From the NCBI GenBank assembly GCA_016746295.1, contig JAEAOA010001935.1, forward strand, positions 2,866,024 to 2,930,023: a stretch of DNA of 64,000 nucleotides, given 5' to 3'. The number at the start of each line of letters is the position of its first letter. The stretch's first letter is position 1. This stretch comes from Potamilus streckersoni (Eukaryota). Positions 1 through 12,034 of this stretch are shown piece after piece. The notes under the pieces are model-generated. The model was not told the DNA's origin, searched no databases, and saw only the letters and a program-made list of their open reading frames with translations. Both the position numbers and the translations under genes were made by a program.

Positions 1-194
1 GGTAAGAATGATTCATTTTTACAATTTCTGGTTGCATAATATGTCAATGTAACATTATATTTCTCATATTACTGATCACAATTTTACTCCAGTGTAATAG
101 AGCTTTTCATACAGGTCATCCACACATTGATCTATATGGGTTGCTGTATAGAGCAACAAGTCTGAACAGATTTTTTACCTAGTTTTATTAACTT

Positions 195-495
195 ATCATC
201 CCTTTTGATTGTTGTACTTTTTGTTGAAGAGCTTATGGAGAAACTTTATTAATTGGTGGTTGGAAGCCTTTTTAGCTTGCATTGATTGATTCTTTAAAAA
301 AAAAACAAACACCTGACACCTTTACACTAATGATAGCCATAATTGCTGACTTTTTATGATAAATCTCATTTATACAAATTCAACAGATGCAAAATTACCA
401 ACTGTGTTTGTATGCAAATATTTTCATGCTTCTGTCACAATTATGAAGAGTTCATATTATGTTACTAGTGGCCTAATGTCATGTTATCATGTCAT
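195..495 (+). mobile_element. Copy 1 of a roughly 300-bp dispersed non-autonomous element (begins TCATCCCTTTTGATTG..., ends ...GTTATCATGTCATGTCAT)
   Basis: About 85-90% identical over about 295 bp to 5590-5885, with the same orientation and the same internal landmarks (GAGCTTATGGAGAAACTTTATTAA, CATTGATTGATT, TTTATGATAAATCTCATTTATACA, CTGTCACAATTAT). No coding capacity. Confidence 0.75.
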
Positions 496-769
496 GTCAT
501 ATGCATTACAAATATTTGTTTCTTAACATTTGAAGGATTTCATGGATTGAAAGCTGATTGGGATATGATATTTTAAATTGAGAAGGCCACATTAAAACTC
601 AGTCATCCAAATTGGAGACAAAATTGAGTGGAGTTACCGTCACCATGTTTGACTTACAACTCTGATCTTTAACTTGATCATGATACCTTGGTCAAAGTCA
701 ACTTAAAGCTTTATTTTGAATGATACAATTTTTTTTCTTCATTGGTTTTAACCTTTTTGTAATAAGAAA

Positions 770-965
770 TGCAATGTATCTGTTGCTTGCACAGAGCCAG
801 ATCTACCAACATATAATGTGCCAGCAGATCTGGATCTATACAGTTTTTTAGGAGTAATTAGTAGAAAAGACAGCATAGAACCTGATCTACAGGCACATTA
901 TACTATGGCAGATGAAGATAACTGTTGTTTGCAGTTGACTTGACTTATAATTGAGTAGATATGGT
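770..965. mobile_element. Palindromic MITE-like element, copy truncated or degenerate at its left end (CAGATCTG core, right end ...GACTTATAATTGAGTAGATATGG)
   Basis: Shares the CAGATCT..CCAGCAGATCTGG core and the ...TTTGCAGTTGACTTGACTTATAA..ATATGG terminus with the copies at 1511-1712, 19546-19768, 40528-40748 and others. Confidence 0.6.
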
Positions 966-1227
966 AGGTGTAGTGGGTGTGGTTGTCTTGTCTAAGTTTG
1001 TTTATCTTGTAATTTATGTATTGAAATATGCCTTTCTATGATCTATCACACTTCATTTTGTACATAGCCAACATCATACTGGTCAATCATAAAGTGTCAG
1101 CAATGTTGCCCGGCAAAGGCATAGATACATGTATTCCTATACAGTGACAACAATAAACATTGCACAGCAGTTCTCTCCGTTTTATTAATACAAAGACAAT
1201 AATAAATCTGCTGGTAATATTCATTGA

Positions 1228-1440
1228 TATATGATGGCAGTGATCATCACATATATCTATCAAACATAATGGCACTGAATTATCACTGATATGTCATACA
1301 CAATGGCAGTGATTACCACTGATATGTTATACACAATGGCAGTGATTACCACTGATATGTGCAGTGAATTATCACTGATGTATCATACAAAATGGCAGTG
1401 ATTATTACAGATATATCATACATAATGGAAGCATCATTGG
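1228..1440. repeat. 33-bp tandem repeat (ACACAATGGCAGTGATTACCACTGATATGTTAT), about 6 copies
   Basis: CAATGGCAGTG recurs at a 33-bp spacing (1301, 1334, ...). Head-to-tail copies with point variants. Confidence 0.85.
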
Positions 1441-1510
1441 ATCTATAATAATAAATATCATTACCATATGTGTTGCCACAAAATAACAGCTAAAAGAATA
1501 AAATAAATTC

Positions 1511-1712
1511 CATATAAACTCATTTATAAGTAAAGTCCAACATCAGATAACATAGACCCAGATCTGCTGTCACATGATGCATCAGCAGATCTGGTTCTAT
1601 GTTGTTCTACCAAATACTCCCACAAACACCATTCACCCAGATTTATCAAAGGCAGACTGGGTCTGTGCAGTTTGCAGTGGAAACTGACTTATAAATGTTT
1701 AAATAATGGTAC
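1511..1712. mobile_element. Full-length palindromic MITE-like element (about 200 bp; CCATATAAACTCATTTATAAG...CAGATCTG..CAGCAGATCTGG...TTTGCAGTGGAAACTGACTTATAAATG..ATGG)
   Basis: The termini are reverse complements of each other (CCATATA..TTATAAG / CTTATAA..TATGG). The internal core is GACCCAGATCTGC...CAGCAGATCTGG. At least 10 homologous copies lie in the window. Confidence 0.75.
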
Positions 1713-2454
1713 CCTTTCCCTGAGTCTACCAGACCTGCAAGGATTATGTTGAATCATGTTTTTCTCATAGCAAGTATTATAAAATTGGTAATAGGTCTCA
1801 AAAAATGTTTGAATTGTTATTGTAGTTGATTTGGTGTTTGCTGTGATTTCTCCAAACAAGTTAGGCTTTATACACCAGCCAGTCTAATTGATGGAGGAGG
1901 AACCTGGGAATACATCATCAACAACAACATGGGTTGTCAGTGATGATTAATTTTACAGAGAAACCAAACAAAATTCATCATTGAGATAAGTTAGGGTCAA
2001 AACTTTAATGTTTTAGACATCCTGTGTGTCTCAGTTAGTGAAGGTTGGTTGTTCTTTCTGGATCCTTCCTCCAGCAAATATTGTCTGCCATGTAAGCTAA
2101 AAATAGAACAGTGTTAAATGCTACATAATTAAGAATGACTCCTTCTTCCATCATTGTTATCACTGCAAGTATAATGAAATATTGTTGGTGGTATATTAGA
2201 TTTTTGCAGTGTGAGATGGAGTTTCTTCTTTGAATATGTTTGAGGGTCACAATAACATTAGGAATATAAACCCTCCAGACTAATCACTCCAAAACAAAAA
2301 TGATTCTGATTACCCATCTACATGGGGTGGATCCTGGATTAAGGATTCTGACATAACCTGAGACCCATGTGTTACGTCCTTGCCCAAACAATCCTTTCCT
2401 TCATGCCTACTAGCTCTTGTCTGGAGTCTAGCCTTGCAGCAGAAATAATTAAGG

Positions 2455-4258
2455 TCTGAATCAGTCATGGAAAGATGGCTCTCCACTAAATTAAAGGGAT
2501 GTGCTGAATCAGTCATGGAAAGATGGCCCTCCACTAAATTAAAGGGATGTGCTGAATCAGTCATGGAAAGATGGCCCTCCATTAAATTAAAGGGATGTGC
2601 TGAATCAGTCATGGAAAGATGGCCCTCCACTAAATTAAAGGGATGTGCTGAATCAGTCATGGAAAGATGGCCCTCCACTAAATTAAAGGGATGTGCTGAA
2701 TCAGTCATGGAAAGATGGCCCTCTACTTTAAATGGATGTGCTGAATCAGTCATGGAAAGATGGTCCTCCATTAAATTAAAGGAATGTGCTGAATCAGTCA
2801 TGGAAAGATGGCCCTCTACTTTAAATGGATGTGCTGAATCAGTCATGGAAAGATGGCCCTCCACTAAATTTAAGGGATGTGCTGAATCAGTCATGGAAAG
2901 ATGGCCCTCCACTAAATTAAAGGGATGTGCTGAATCAGTCATGGAAAGATGGCCCTCCACTAAATTAAATGGATGTGCTGAATCAGTCATGGAAAGATGG
3001 CCCTCTACTTTAAATGGATGTGCTGAATCAGTCATGGAAAGATGGCCCTCCACTAAATTAAAGGGATGTGCTGAATCAGTCATGGAAAGATGGCCCTCTA
3101 CTTTAAATGGATGTGCTGAATCAGTCATGGAAAGATGGTCCTCCACTAAATTAAAGGGATGTGCTGAATCAGTCATGGAAAGATGGCCCTCCACTAAATT
3201 AAAGGGATGTGCTGAATGAGTCATGGAAAGATGGCCCTCCACTAAATTAAAGGGATGTGTTGAATCATTCATGGAAAGATGGCCCTCCACTAAATTAAAG
3301 GAATGTGCTGAATCAGTCATGGAAAGATGGCCCTCCACTAAATTAAAGGGATGTGCTGAATCAGTCATGGATAGATGGCCCTCCACTAAATTAAATGGAT
3401 GTGCTGAATCAGTCATGGAATTATGGCCCTCCATTAAATTAAATGGATGTGCTGAATCAGTCATAGAAAGTTGGCCATCCACTAAATTAAATGGATGTGC
3501 TGAATCAGTCATGGAAAGATGGCCCTCCACTAAATTAAAGGGATGTGCTGAATCAGTCATGAAAAGATGGCCCTCTACTTTAAAGGGATGTGCTGAATCA
3601 GTCATGGAAAGATGGCCCTACACTAAATTAAATGGATGTGCTGAATCAGTCATGGCAAGATGGTCCTCCAATAAATTAAAGGGATGTACTGAATCAGTCA
3701 TGGAAAGATGGCCCTCCACTAAATTAAAGGGATATGCTGAATCATTCATGGAAAGATGGCCCTCCACTAAATTAAAGGGATGTGCTGAATCAGTCATGGA
3801 AAGATGGCCCTCCACTAAATTAAAGGGATGTGCTGAATCAGTCATGGAAAGATGGCCCTCCACTTTAAAGGGATGTGCTGAATCAGTCATGGAAAGATGG
3901 CCCTCCACTAAATTATAGGGATGTGCTGAATCAGTCATGAAAAGATGGCCCTCTACTTTAAAGGGATGTGCTGAATCAGTCATGGAAAGATGGCCCTCCA
4001 CTAAATTAAAGGGATGTGCTGAATCAGTCATGGAAAGATGGCCCTACACTAAATTAAATGGATGTGCTGAATCAGTCATGGCAAGATGGTCCTCCAATAA
4101 ATTAAAGGGATGTGCTGAATCAGTCATAGAAAGATGGCCCTCCACTAAATTAAAGGGATGTACTGAATCAGTCATGGAAAGATGGCCCTCCACTAAATTA
4201 AAGGGATGTGCTGAATCAGTCATGGAAAGATGGCCCTCCACTAAATTAAAGGGATGTG
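2455..4258. repeat. 48-bp satellite (TGCTGAATCAGTCATGGAAAGATGGCCCTCCACTAAATTAAAGGGATG), about 37 copies, with 45-bp variants (..CTACTTTAAATGGATG)
   Basis: Perfect and near-perfect head-to-tail 48-mers. Because the period is a multiple of 3, the 431-aa minus-strand ORF and the 250- and 231-aa plus-strand ORFs here are repeat artifacts. Confidence 0.95.
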
Positions 4259-5427
4259 GGCTCTAATTACCATGAAAGGTACATTGTAGTAGATAGGTTC
4301 TTGGTCATGACCTCTCAGACTTATTGTCCAACTTTGATTTCATTAAGCCAAAATTACAGTACTCAAATTCTTTTCCTAAGTGTTATATTTCCAGGGTTGT
4401 GACTTGGCAGAATTCAAACTCATTTTAACCTTTAAGCAGGACCTCAGTGAAGTTCCTTTTATACAAAACCTTTTTCCTGATAGCATTTGATTCAGCTTGC
4501 AGAGTCAGTAAATTACATGCCTATCTCTGTTGACCCAGCATTCCTTTGATCAATTGGCTCAGTGGTCCTTTTGACACAACCCAGTTTTGTCACCAGGAAT
4601 TGGTTGCCATCAGTGGGAATTCAAAAAGTCTTCATGCAACCTGTATTGACACAACCCAAGAGACTTTCAAAAAAAGACCTAATACATATGCTTTGACATT
4701 ATCTCTAACTGTCTGAGCTATTGTGGAGTTCAAAGACATCTCATTCCTTCCATTATTTTTTTTATGGAATTGCACCACAGTCTAATATTTTTGATGCAAA
4801 CTCCTTCATACGTTATCTGTTGAGTAACCTAGAAGGGTTCAATAGAGTCCATGCTTGATAATATGCCCATATCCTTACTTTGACCAAAGTTTGAAATATC
4901 AAATATAGGCATTGCTGATGGCATATCTATCACTTCAGTAACCTTTTCAAACAGTTTACAAGTTATTTCACCTGGGGTTCGCATTGTGTGAGAATATTGT
5001 ATACATCTTTAACCATTTTTGATATGAGACATATTCAAATTCACAATCATCACTTTTAAAACAGACATTTATTAAAAATGCAATGCCACATGGCAACCTG
5101 ATATTTATTGTATTGACTCCATGGTCACTTGTATTGTGCTTTATATGATGGGGTCAGATGTCATATTGTTTGATGTGGAATCAGACACATTATAATGCAG
5201 TCTAATCCTTACTATGACAAATATAGCTACTACCTGACAAGATAAAATCAATGTGATGTGCAGTTGGTATTGATTTTAGATGGGGAAATCCATCAGACTC
5301 TATCTAGTTGTTGCCACAAGAGTGCCAGACTGATAGAGAAAAGATAATAGAGTAATTTTTATGTTTTATACAAAGAAGACTCAGCCTAGGTGTCAAATCT
5401 TTCCAGCTCAGGGTTAAGACAGTTTTA

Positions 5428-5590
5428 AACTCCAGTCCAAAATATAACACTACAGGCCAAATATAACACTCAAGGATAAATATAACACAAGTCAAATATT
5501 ACATAACAAACAAAATATAAGTTTCCAGGCTAAAATATAACACTTCAAGTCAAATATAACACTAAAAGCCAAATATGACACTCCAGTCAC
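5428..5590. repeat. Roughly 20-22-bp tandem repeat (CCAAATATAACACTNNAGG), left part of an array split by an inserted element
   Basis: Repeated ..AAATATAACACT.. units. The same satellite resumes at 5890-6215, after the 300-bp element. Confidence 0.85.
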
Positions 5591-5885
5591 TCCACATCTC
5601 ATCCCTTTTGATTGCTGTACTTTTTGTTAAAGAGCTTATGGAGAAACTTTATTAAATGGATGTTGGAAGTCTTTTTAGCTTGCATTGATTGATTAAAAAA
5701 AACATGTGACACATTTACACTATTGATCTCCATAAGAGCTGACATTTTATGATAAATCTCATTTATACAGATTCAACAGATGCAAAAGTACTCACTGTGT
5801 TTGCGTGCAAACATTTTCATGCCTCTGTCACAATTATATAGAGTTTATATTGTGTTACTAGTGTCCTGATGTCCTGTTATCATGT
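5590..5885 (+). mobile_element. Copy 2 of the roughly 300-bp dispersed element, inserted inside the AAATATAACACT satellite
   Basis: Homologous to 195-495. Satellite units of the same family lie directly on both sides (5428-5590 and 5890-6215). Confidence 0.75.
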
Positions 5886-5889
5886 CACA

Positions 5890-6215
5890 AAAAATTTCTC
5901 CACTTCAGGTCAAATATACTGGTATCCCTGCAAGCAAAATGTAATACTACAAGTCAAATATAACACTTAGATAGCCAAATATAATACTCCAGTCAGATAC
6001 AACACTCTAGGCCAAGTACAACACTATGAGCTAAATATAACACTCCAGGCCAAGTACAACACTATGAGCTAAATATAACACTCTAGGCCAAGTACAATAT
6101 GAGCTAAATATAACACTCTAGGCCAAGTACAACACTATGAGCTAAATATAACACTCTAGGCCAAGTACAACACTATGAGCTAAATATAACACTCCAGGCC
6201 AAAAATTCACTACAT
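5890..6215. repeat. Continuation of the AAATATAACACT satellite, with a roughly 40-44-bp higher-order unit (GGCCAAGTACAACACTATGAGCTAAATATAACACTCTA)
   Basis: Direct tandem copies in 5995-6210. Same core motif as 5428-5590. Confidence 0.85.
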
Positions 6216-6611
6216 TTTTTAGCAGGAAACTCCGGCTCAAGCATTAAGTTTCAAAATTATAACATTCTGTAATCTTAATTGGAATAAATTTAGGATCTTG
6301 AACCTTACAGATTTTCTTGATTTCTCTTCATGCAAACCAATTTTCATTTATATATTGATGCTATATTTGGGAATATTTTGGAATCTGAGTTTCTTGATCT
6401 AAATGTTTTGAGATTAGCAGGCCTGTAATGAGCACAAACTAATATATTCACAGACAACATTGATAAGATTTCTCTACTGGAATTTTAAATATACAGTGAT
6501 TACCTTAAGCTGGTGTCTGAAGTTCTTGGCATGCTTTTTCTTATTTTCTCACATCCAGGCTATAGAAACCAATGCCTGTCAAAAATAGGGCTCCAAGTGG
6601 ACAACTTGCCT

Positions 6612-7200
6612 AAGTCCTGTACAGATCACTGACATCTCACTTCTGCATGGGTTTGAGTCTCAGTAAGGCATGAACAGATCATTACCATCTCACTTCTGCA
6701 TGGGTTTGAATCTCAGTAAGGCATGTACAAATCACTGACATCTCACTTCTGCATGGGTTTGAATCTCAGTAAGGCCTGAACAAATCACTGACATCTCACT
6801 TCTGCTTGGGTTTGAGAATCAGTAAGGCCAGAACAAATCACTGACATCTCATTTCTGCATGGGTTTGAGTCTCAGTACGGCCTATACAGATCACTGCCAT
6901 CTCACTTCTGCATGGGTTTGAGTCTCAGTAAGGCCTGAACAAATCACTGACATCTCACTTCTGCATGGATTTGAGTCTCAGTAAGGCCAGAACAAATCAC
7001 TGACATCTCACTTCTGCATGGGTTTGAGTCTCAGTAAGGCATGTACAGATCACTGACATCTCACTTCTGCATGGGTTTGAGTCTCAGTAAAGCATGTACA
7101 GATCACTGATATCTCACTTCTGCATGGGTTTGAGTCTCAGTAAGGCATGTACAGATCACAGACATCTCACTCTTGCATGGGTTTGAGTCTCAGGCTCGGC
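6612..7200. repeat. 61-bp satellite (..ACAGATCACTGACATCTCACTTCTGCATGGGTTTGAGTCTCAGTAAGGCATGT..), about 10 copies; the monomer is homologous to the 5' head of the adjacent SINE-like module
   Basis: Head-to-tail repeats. The last monomer runs directly into the module at 7185. The monomer motif GGGTTTGAGTCTCAG matches GTGAGTTCAAGTCTCAGG and GTGAGTTCGAGTCC in the other two module copies. Confidence 0.85.
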
Positions 7201-7340
7201 CAGTTTGGGTATGTGAGAAAGCTTGCCAGTGGCTTCCCGTGATTCACTGGCTCTTCTTGAGTTCTTTCTCCATCAGATGTACCACTATGCATAGATAATC
7301 ATGTACTGAAAAATGACATTAAACCCAAAACAAAAGACCT
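7185..7340 (+). mobile_element. SINE-like module copy 1 (GGGTTTGAGTCTCAGGCTCGGCCAGTTTGGGTATGTGAGAAAGCTTGCCAGTGGCTTCC...TACTGAAAAATGACATTAAACCCAAAACAAAAG); its 5' head is replaced or amplified as the 61-bp satellite
   Basis: Alignable, at about 65-70% identity, to 15655-15850 and 61535-61745, and to nowhere else. Tandem arrays of different families lie immediately upstream of all three copies. Confidence 0.65.
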
Positions 7341-7850
7341 GTAAAAAACTAATGAAATTCCAATTTCATTGGTTGAATCATTCTATCTGATACAGATGTG
7401 TCATTGATGACAGGTCTAAATGATCTGCAGAAGATCCAAATGACATTTATTAAGTACTTCTTGTTTTACTGGTATCATTTAAAGTTCAGTTTTATTTTTT
7501 TAAACTGAAATGTCATTCACTTGATGAAAATCACTCGGATAAATCCCATCAGAAAAACAAGAAGTTTCCATGATGTAAAACATACAATTTATATTCAGCA
7601 AAAGGTTCATGGGCAGACAATTTGTACAACACCACCACCCATGTGACCTAGACCTATTCATGCCTTAAGATAAATCAAAACACCCTCTTTTTAGAATGTT
7701 TTAAGGTTGTGAGTATAAAACAGAGATTACTAGATAAAAATAGATTATATAAAAAGAGGGTTCTTTTAAAAATATTTTGGAGCTTTTATATTTCTTATTT
7801 CATTGGGTGATTTCCCCCAAAACATTCTGTGATTTCCCCCAAAACTGATA

Positions 7851-7917
<67 letters not shown>
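7851..7917. repeat. (AAT)n microsatellite, about 22 units
   Basis: Pure AATAATAAT run. Confidence 0.95.
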
Positions 7918-7920
<3 letters not shown>

Positions 7921-8029
7921 CAGTAATTTAATAGGGCAACTCAATTAGTACATCCTACACTTTTTTGAAGCCCTCAACAAAACAAAAGCTAATGATCAAA
8001 ATAAAGATTACCCTTTTGTACCTCTCACA

Positions 8030-8032
8030 CAC

Positions 8033-8063
<31 letters not shown>

Positions 8064-8425
8064 TGTATGTATGTATGTATGTATGTATGTATGTATGTAT
8101 GTATGTATGTATGTATATATGTATGCATGTATGCATGTATGTATATGTACATGTATGTATGTATGTATGTATGTATGTATGTATGTATGTATGTATGTAT
8201 GCATGCATGCATGCATGCATGCATGCATGCATGCATGTATGTATGTATGTATGTATGTACGTAAATGTATGGATGGATGGATGTATGTATGTATGTATGT
8301 ATGTATGTATGTATGTATGTATGCATGCATGCATGCATGCATGCATGCATGCATGCATGCATGCATGCATGTATGTATGTATGTATGTATGTATGTATGT
8401 ATGTACAAACATAAGTATGTACATG

Positions 8426-8459
<34 letters not shown>

Positions 8460-8585
8460 TGTATGTATGTATATATGTACATGTATGTATGTATGTACAT
8501 GTATGTATATATGTATGTATGTACATGTATGCATGTATGTATGTATAATGCCTGCATGCATGCATGTATGTATGTTAGTATGTAT
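8030..8585. repeat. Compound tetranucleotide microsatellite (ATGT)n/(ATGC)n/(GGAT)n, about 550 bp
   Basis: Long runs of TGTATGTA and GCATGCAT blocks. All ORFs in 7955-8783 are low-complexity artifacts. Confidence 0.95.
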
Positions 8586-8594
8586 GAATGTATG

Positions 8595-8610
8595 TATATC
8601 TGTATTATTA

Positions 8611-8691
<81 letters not shown>

Positions 8692-8712
8692 TACTATTAT
8701 TATTATTATCTA
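8595..8712. repeat. (ATT)n microsatellite, about 38 units, reverse-complement motif of the (AAT)n at 7851
   Basis: Pure ATTATTATT run with a few ACT variants at the end. Confidence 0.95.
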
Positions 8713-11017
8713 AACTGGTCATGATATGGTTTGTCAAAATCAGAAAGGGAAATAAGTTTGTCCTGTCATACCTCACAAAATAATACCAAATAAAAAATGC
8801 AGAAGTAAATTTCCAGTTGTTATGAACTTACCAAACAAATTATTATCTGACACTAGATGAAAAAGGAATATTATTTAGTAATTAATTAATAATCATTTAA
8901 ACTGGATTGTACCTTTGTTGTTACATTAGCTAGCATAATTATGTAATTTAAGAGGATACACCTGTCATGGAAAATTTTGTTTTGTGGGTTCAACACCATT
9001 TTTCAGTAGATGAAAGGCTATACATTGCAGCCAGTATATTTGGTAGAAGACAAACCTGGGAAAACTCACAAACCAATGGAAAGTTACTGGCAAGCTTTGT
9101 TACATACCAGCATTTGTCAAGCCGAGACTCTAACCCACACAGACAAAGATGATAAGTCAGTGATCTGTCGGGGAGACAACTCATCCACCTGAGGCCACAC
9201 TGTCATTAGAGAAAACTCAAAGTATGACAAAATTTGCCCATTGTGTGCACTGTTATCTTGTACATATAGATTCAATAGTCAAGTGAAATGAAGAAAGGTT
9301 TGTACATGTTATGAGCAGGTTTTCATTGCTGTCTCAAGGTTGCATAAGAAAATTAGAAAATAACATACAATAACATCATTTTTATCTCTTTTTTTTGTCA
9401 CATTTAATGACACCAGAACACAAAAGTGTCTATATTGTGCCAACAAATATTAATTGTAATTTAAAAATAATTATATATTTAAAAGTATTTATACCCTTTG
9501 CATTACTTGTCCATAATTTGTAATCAATTACAATTACTGATTACCTTTTTTGCAGGAATTGATTACAATTACAATTTTTTATTTCAATTACTTAATTGAT
9601 TACTTTAATTCATTACTGTACTACACTGTAAAGGGCAAACCAAGCAGCCAAAGCTACCCAGCAGTCACCCATTTCTGAATAGAAGATTCCATATACTGAC
9701 CTCAAATATTGTGTGAATTAACATGTTTTTCATATTGACAAAATATGTAGAATGGAAATTCCATAAACAGGCATAAAAACATCCAACATTGTTCTGTGCA
9801 AAATGTGAATTAACCAATGAGAACTGTGAGCTGTGACAGACTGAACAGAAGTAATGTAAATGTACTCAAATTATGTGGATATAAAAGTACATGTAATTAA
9901 TTACTTCAGTGTGAAAGAGTAATTGTAATCAACTACAACAAGTAATTTTAATTTTAATTCATTGCCCTTACAACAGTAAAATACAACACTGGCCTTTGCA
10001 TTACCCATTATTCAGGGGGACTGTAGAGCAGCTTTGACTGCTTCATTTTAATTCTAAATAAATGGTTTTTTACAAGTGGAGAAAAGAATGGATGAACATG
10101 ACTTTAAAAATAATAAACATTACAATTGATGTATTAGATAAGTCATAATGGTAAATAAGACATGAATATTTTCTTTAAGAAGGATGCTTGTAGTTGAAAG
10201 AGCTGATATAGGACAGATTTTAATGTATTATATAGAATCAACTACTATGGCAGTTTTAATCTGACATCTGATGCCTTCTTGTCAGTCTGTAATCTCTCAC
10301 ACACACAAACACACAGTTACATGCACACACACAAACACAGCCTGTGAAGGAATCTACACATGTAGACATGGTCTGCATGTGGATACTGTTGACTTTAAAT
10401 GAGGTAAACACAGTTTGGAATGTAACTTTTGTCAGGTAGATGGCATACAGGTATGTTACAACTCCCGCTACTTTGGCTAAATGCCACTGTGAAGGCTAAG
10501 GGTCTCCACCGTCTTTTCAATCCCAGTTAAATGTGCTATCAAAATAGACACTGTCAATATTTCCCCCAAAGTCCTATTGGAGTAACAGGTAGTCAGCCAA
10601 TAAATGGTGTGTACTGCCATTCAGTATTGCCTCCAAAGACTGAATCAGTTATTAGTAACTGTTTCTCACAGAGTGGCAAGTTGGATTTAGTTCTTTTTAT
10701 GATTTTGTTCTAGTTTATGTGGATAAATTCAGGACATCTAAGAGTCATTCAATAAGGTATGAATATTGATTGATTATTGACTATTGGTTAAGGTTCAATT
10801 TAACAGGTGAAGTTGATAATTACTATCATAGCGTGTTGTCAAAATATTTCCTGACAACACTACATTGGCTTTTGGATGCAATATTGTCATTCCTAGGCAT
10901 AAAATGTGATGATACAGCAGTTTACTGTAGTATGCATTTTCAGAATAAACATGAAGCTAGCAATTCATTCATTGACATACAGTCTACATTTAAAGTCAAA
11001 ATCAAGTGATCACCTTA

Positions 11018-11300
11018 GTAAATGAAGTCAATGTCTACACATTTTTCATCTTTTACAGTATCTTTCTGACTCAATGTCTACACACTTTTCATCTTTTACA
11101 GTATCTTTCTGACTCAATGTCTACACACTTTTCATCTTTTACAGTATCTTTCTGACTCAATGTCTACACATTTTTCATCTTTTACACTACCTTTCTGACT
11201 TAATGTCTACACACTTTTCAGCTTTTACAATAATTATCGGACTCAATGTCTACACACTTTTCATCTTTACAATAATTATCCAAGTCAAGAGGTTACCCAT
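11018..11300. repeat. Roughly 59-bp tandem repeat (AATGTCTACACACTTTTCATCTTTTACAGTATCTTTCTGACTC), about 5 copies
   Basis: Direct head-to-tail copies with small variants. Confidence 0.85.
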
Positions 11301-11737
11301 TTTTCATTTTTAACATTTTCGACTCAAGGGGCATATAAAATGTACTTAAAGAAAAGCACCTCAGAATTTTCATTTGCTTGTACATAAGCAGTGAGTCAGT
11401 TTTTGAAAATTAGTTAGTAAGTTAGTACTTTGTTAACAATCCTTTAGTCTTTCAGTCCTTTAGATTCATAACCATATACCACAGTGTTAAACGCAGTGTT
11501 AGTCAATGCATGTAGACAAACCCATCTTTTAAAGTATCCTTTGTGACCAGCAGAAACTATCTATAATAAACAGCAATCAATATATTCCAGTACTGTCATG
11601 TGACCCACAGAAACTGGAAAGAATATTCTGGTACTATCATGTGACCAGCCCAATCTGGCCAGTATAAAGTAGCCAGCATGTGTTCTGGTACTGCAAGCTG
11701 AATTCTGAAAACTAATCTGATTTTATTTATTTTTCAT

Positions 11738-11885
11738 GTACCATAATGAATTTCAGTCAAGTCCCACTGCACAGACCCAGATCTTATATATATTTTGTTT
11801 GGAGTAGAACATGCAATCAGGTGCATGTAGCGAAGGCTGATCAAGGTCTGTGTTATCTGTGTTTAACTTGATTATATTCAAGAGG
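11738..11885. mobile_element. Degenerate fragment of the palindromic MITE-like family
   Basis: Contains ..GTCCCACTGCACAGACCCAGATCT.. and ..GATCAAGGTCTGTG..TTAACTTGATTATA.., but is much more diverged than the other copies. Confidence 0.35.
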
Positions 11886-12034
11886 TGACTGTCATAGTAG
11901 TACATATTATATTTGCAATCACATGACATTGTATTGCCATCACACTGTGGTCAAAAGCATGATTAATATATGGAAATTTCCATTGTGTGTTGTTGAATTA
12001 TCCTGAAGGAAATTTTAATATGTCATATATGTTT

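Noticed and set aside
2310-3605. 431-aa minus-strand ORF and 250- and 231-aa plus-strand ORFs (MTDSAHPFNLVEGHLS.. and SVMERWPSTKLKGCAE.. repeats)
   Set aside because: They lie entirely inside the 48-bp satellite. Because 48 is a multiple of 3, every frame stays open as long as the monomer has no stop codon. The protein is a perfect 16-aa repeat with no start context, and both strands are equally open. This is not a gene.
7955-8783. ORFs of up to 273 aa across the (ATGT)n/(ATT)n region
   Set aside because: These are translations of tetranucleotide and trinucleotide microsatellites (poly-N, poly-Y, CMYV repeats). They have no coding meaning.
9480-10030. Possible foldback or inverted-repeat structure (GTAATCAATTACAATTACTGATTACC at about 9520 against AGTAATTGTAATCAACTACAACAAGTAATT at about 9915; CCCTTTGCATTACTTGTCC at 9493 against GCCTTTGCATTACCCATTATTC at 9983)
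   Set aside because: The similarity is patchy and dominated by low-complexity AATTACA motifs. I could not define convincing termini or a second copy elsewhere in the window, so I did not call an element.
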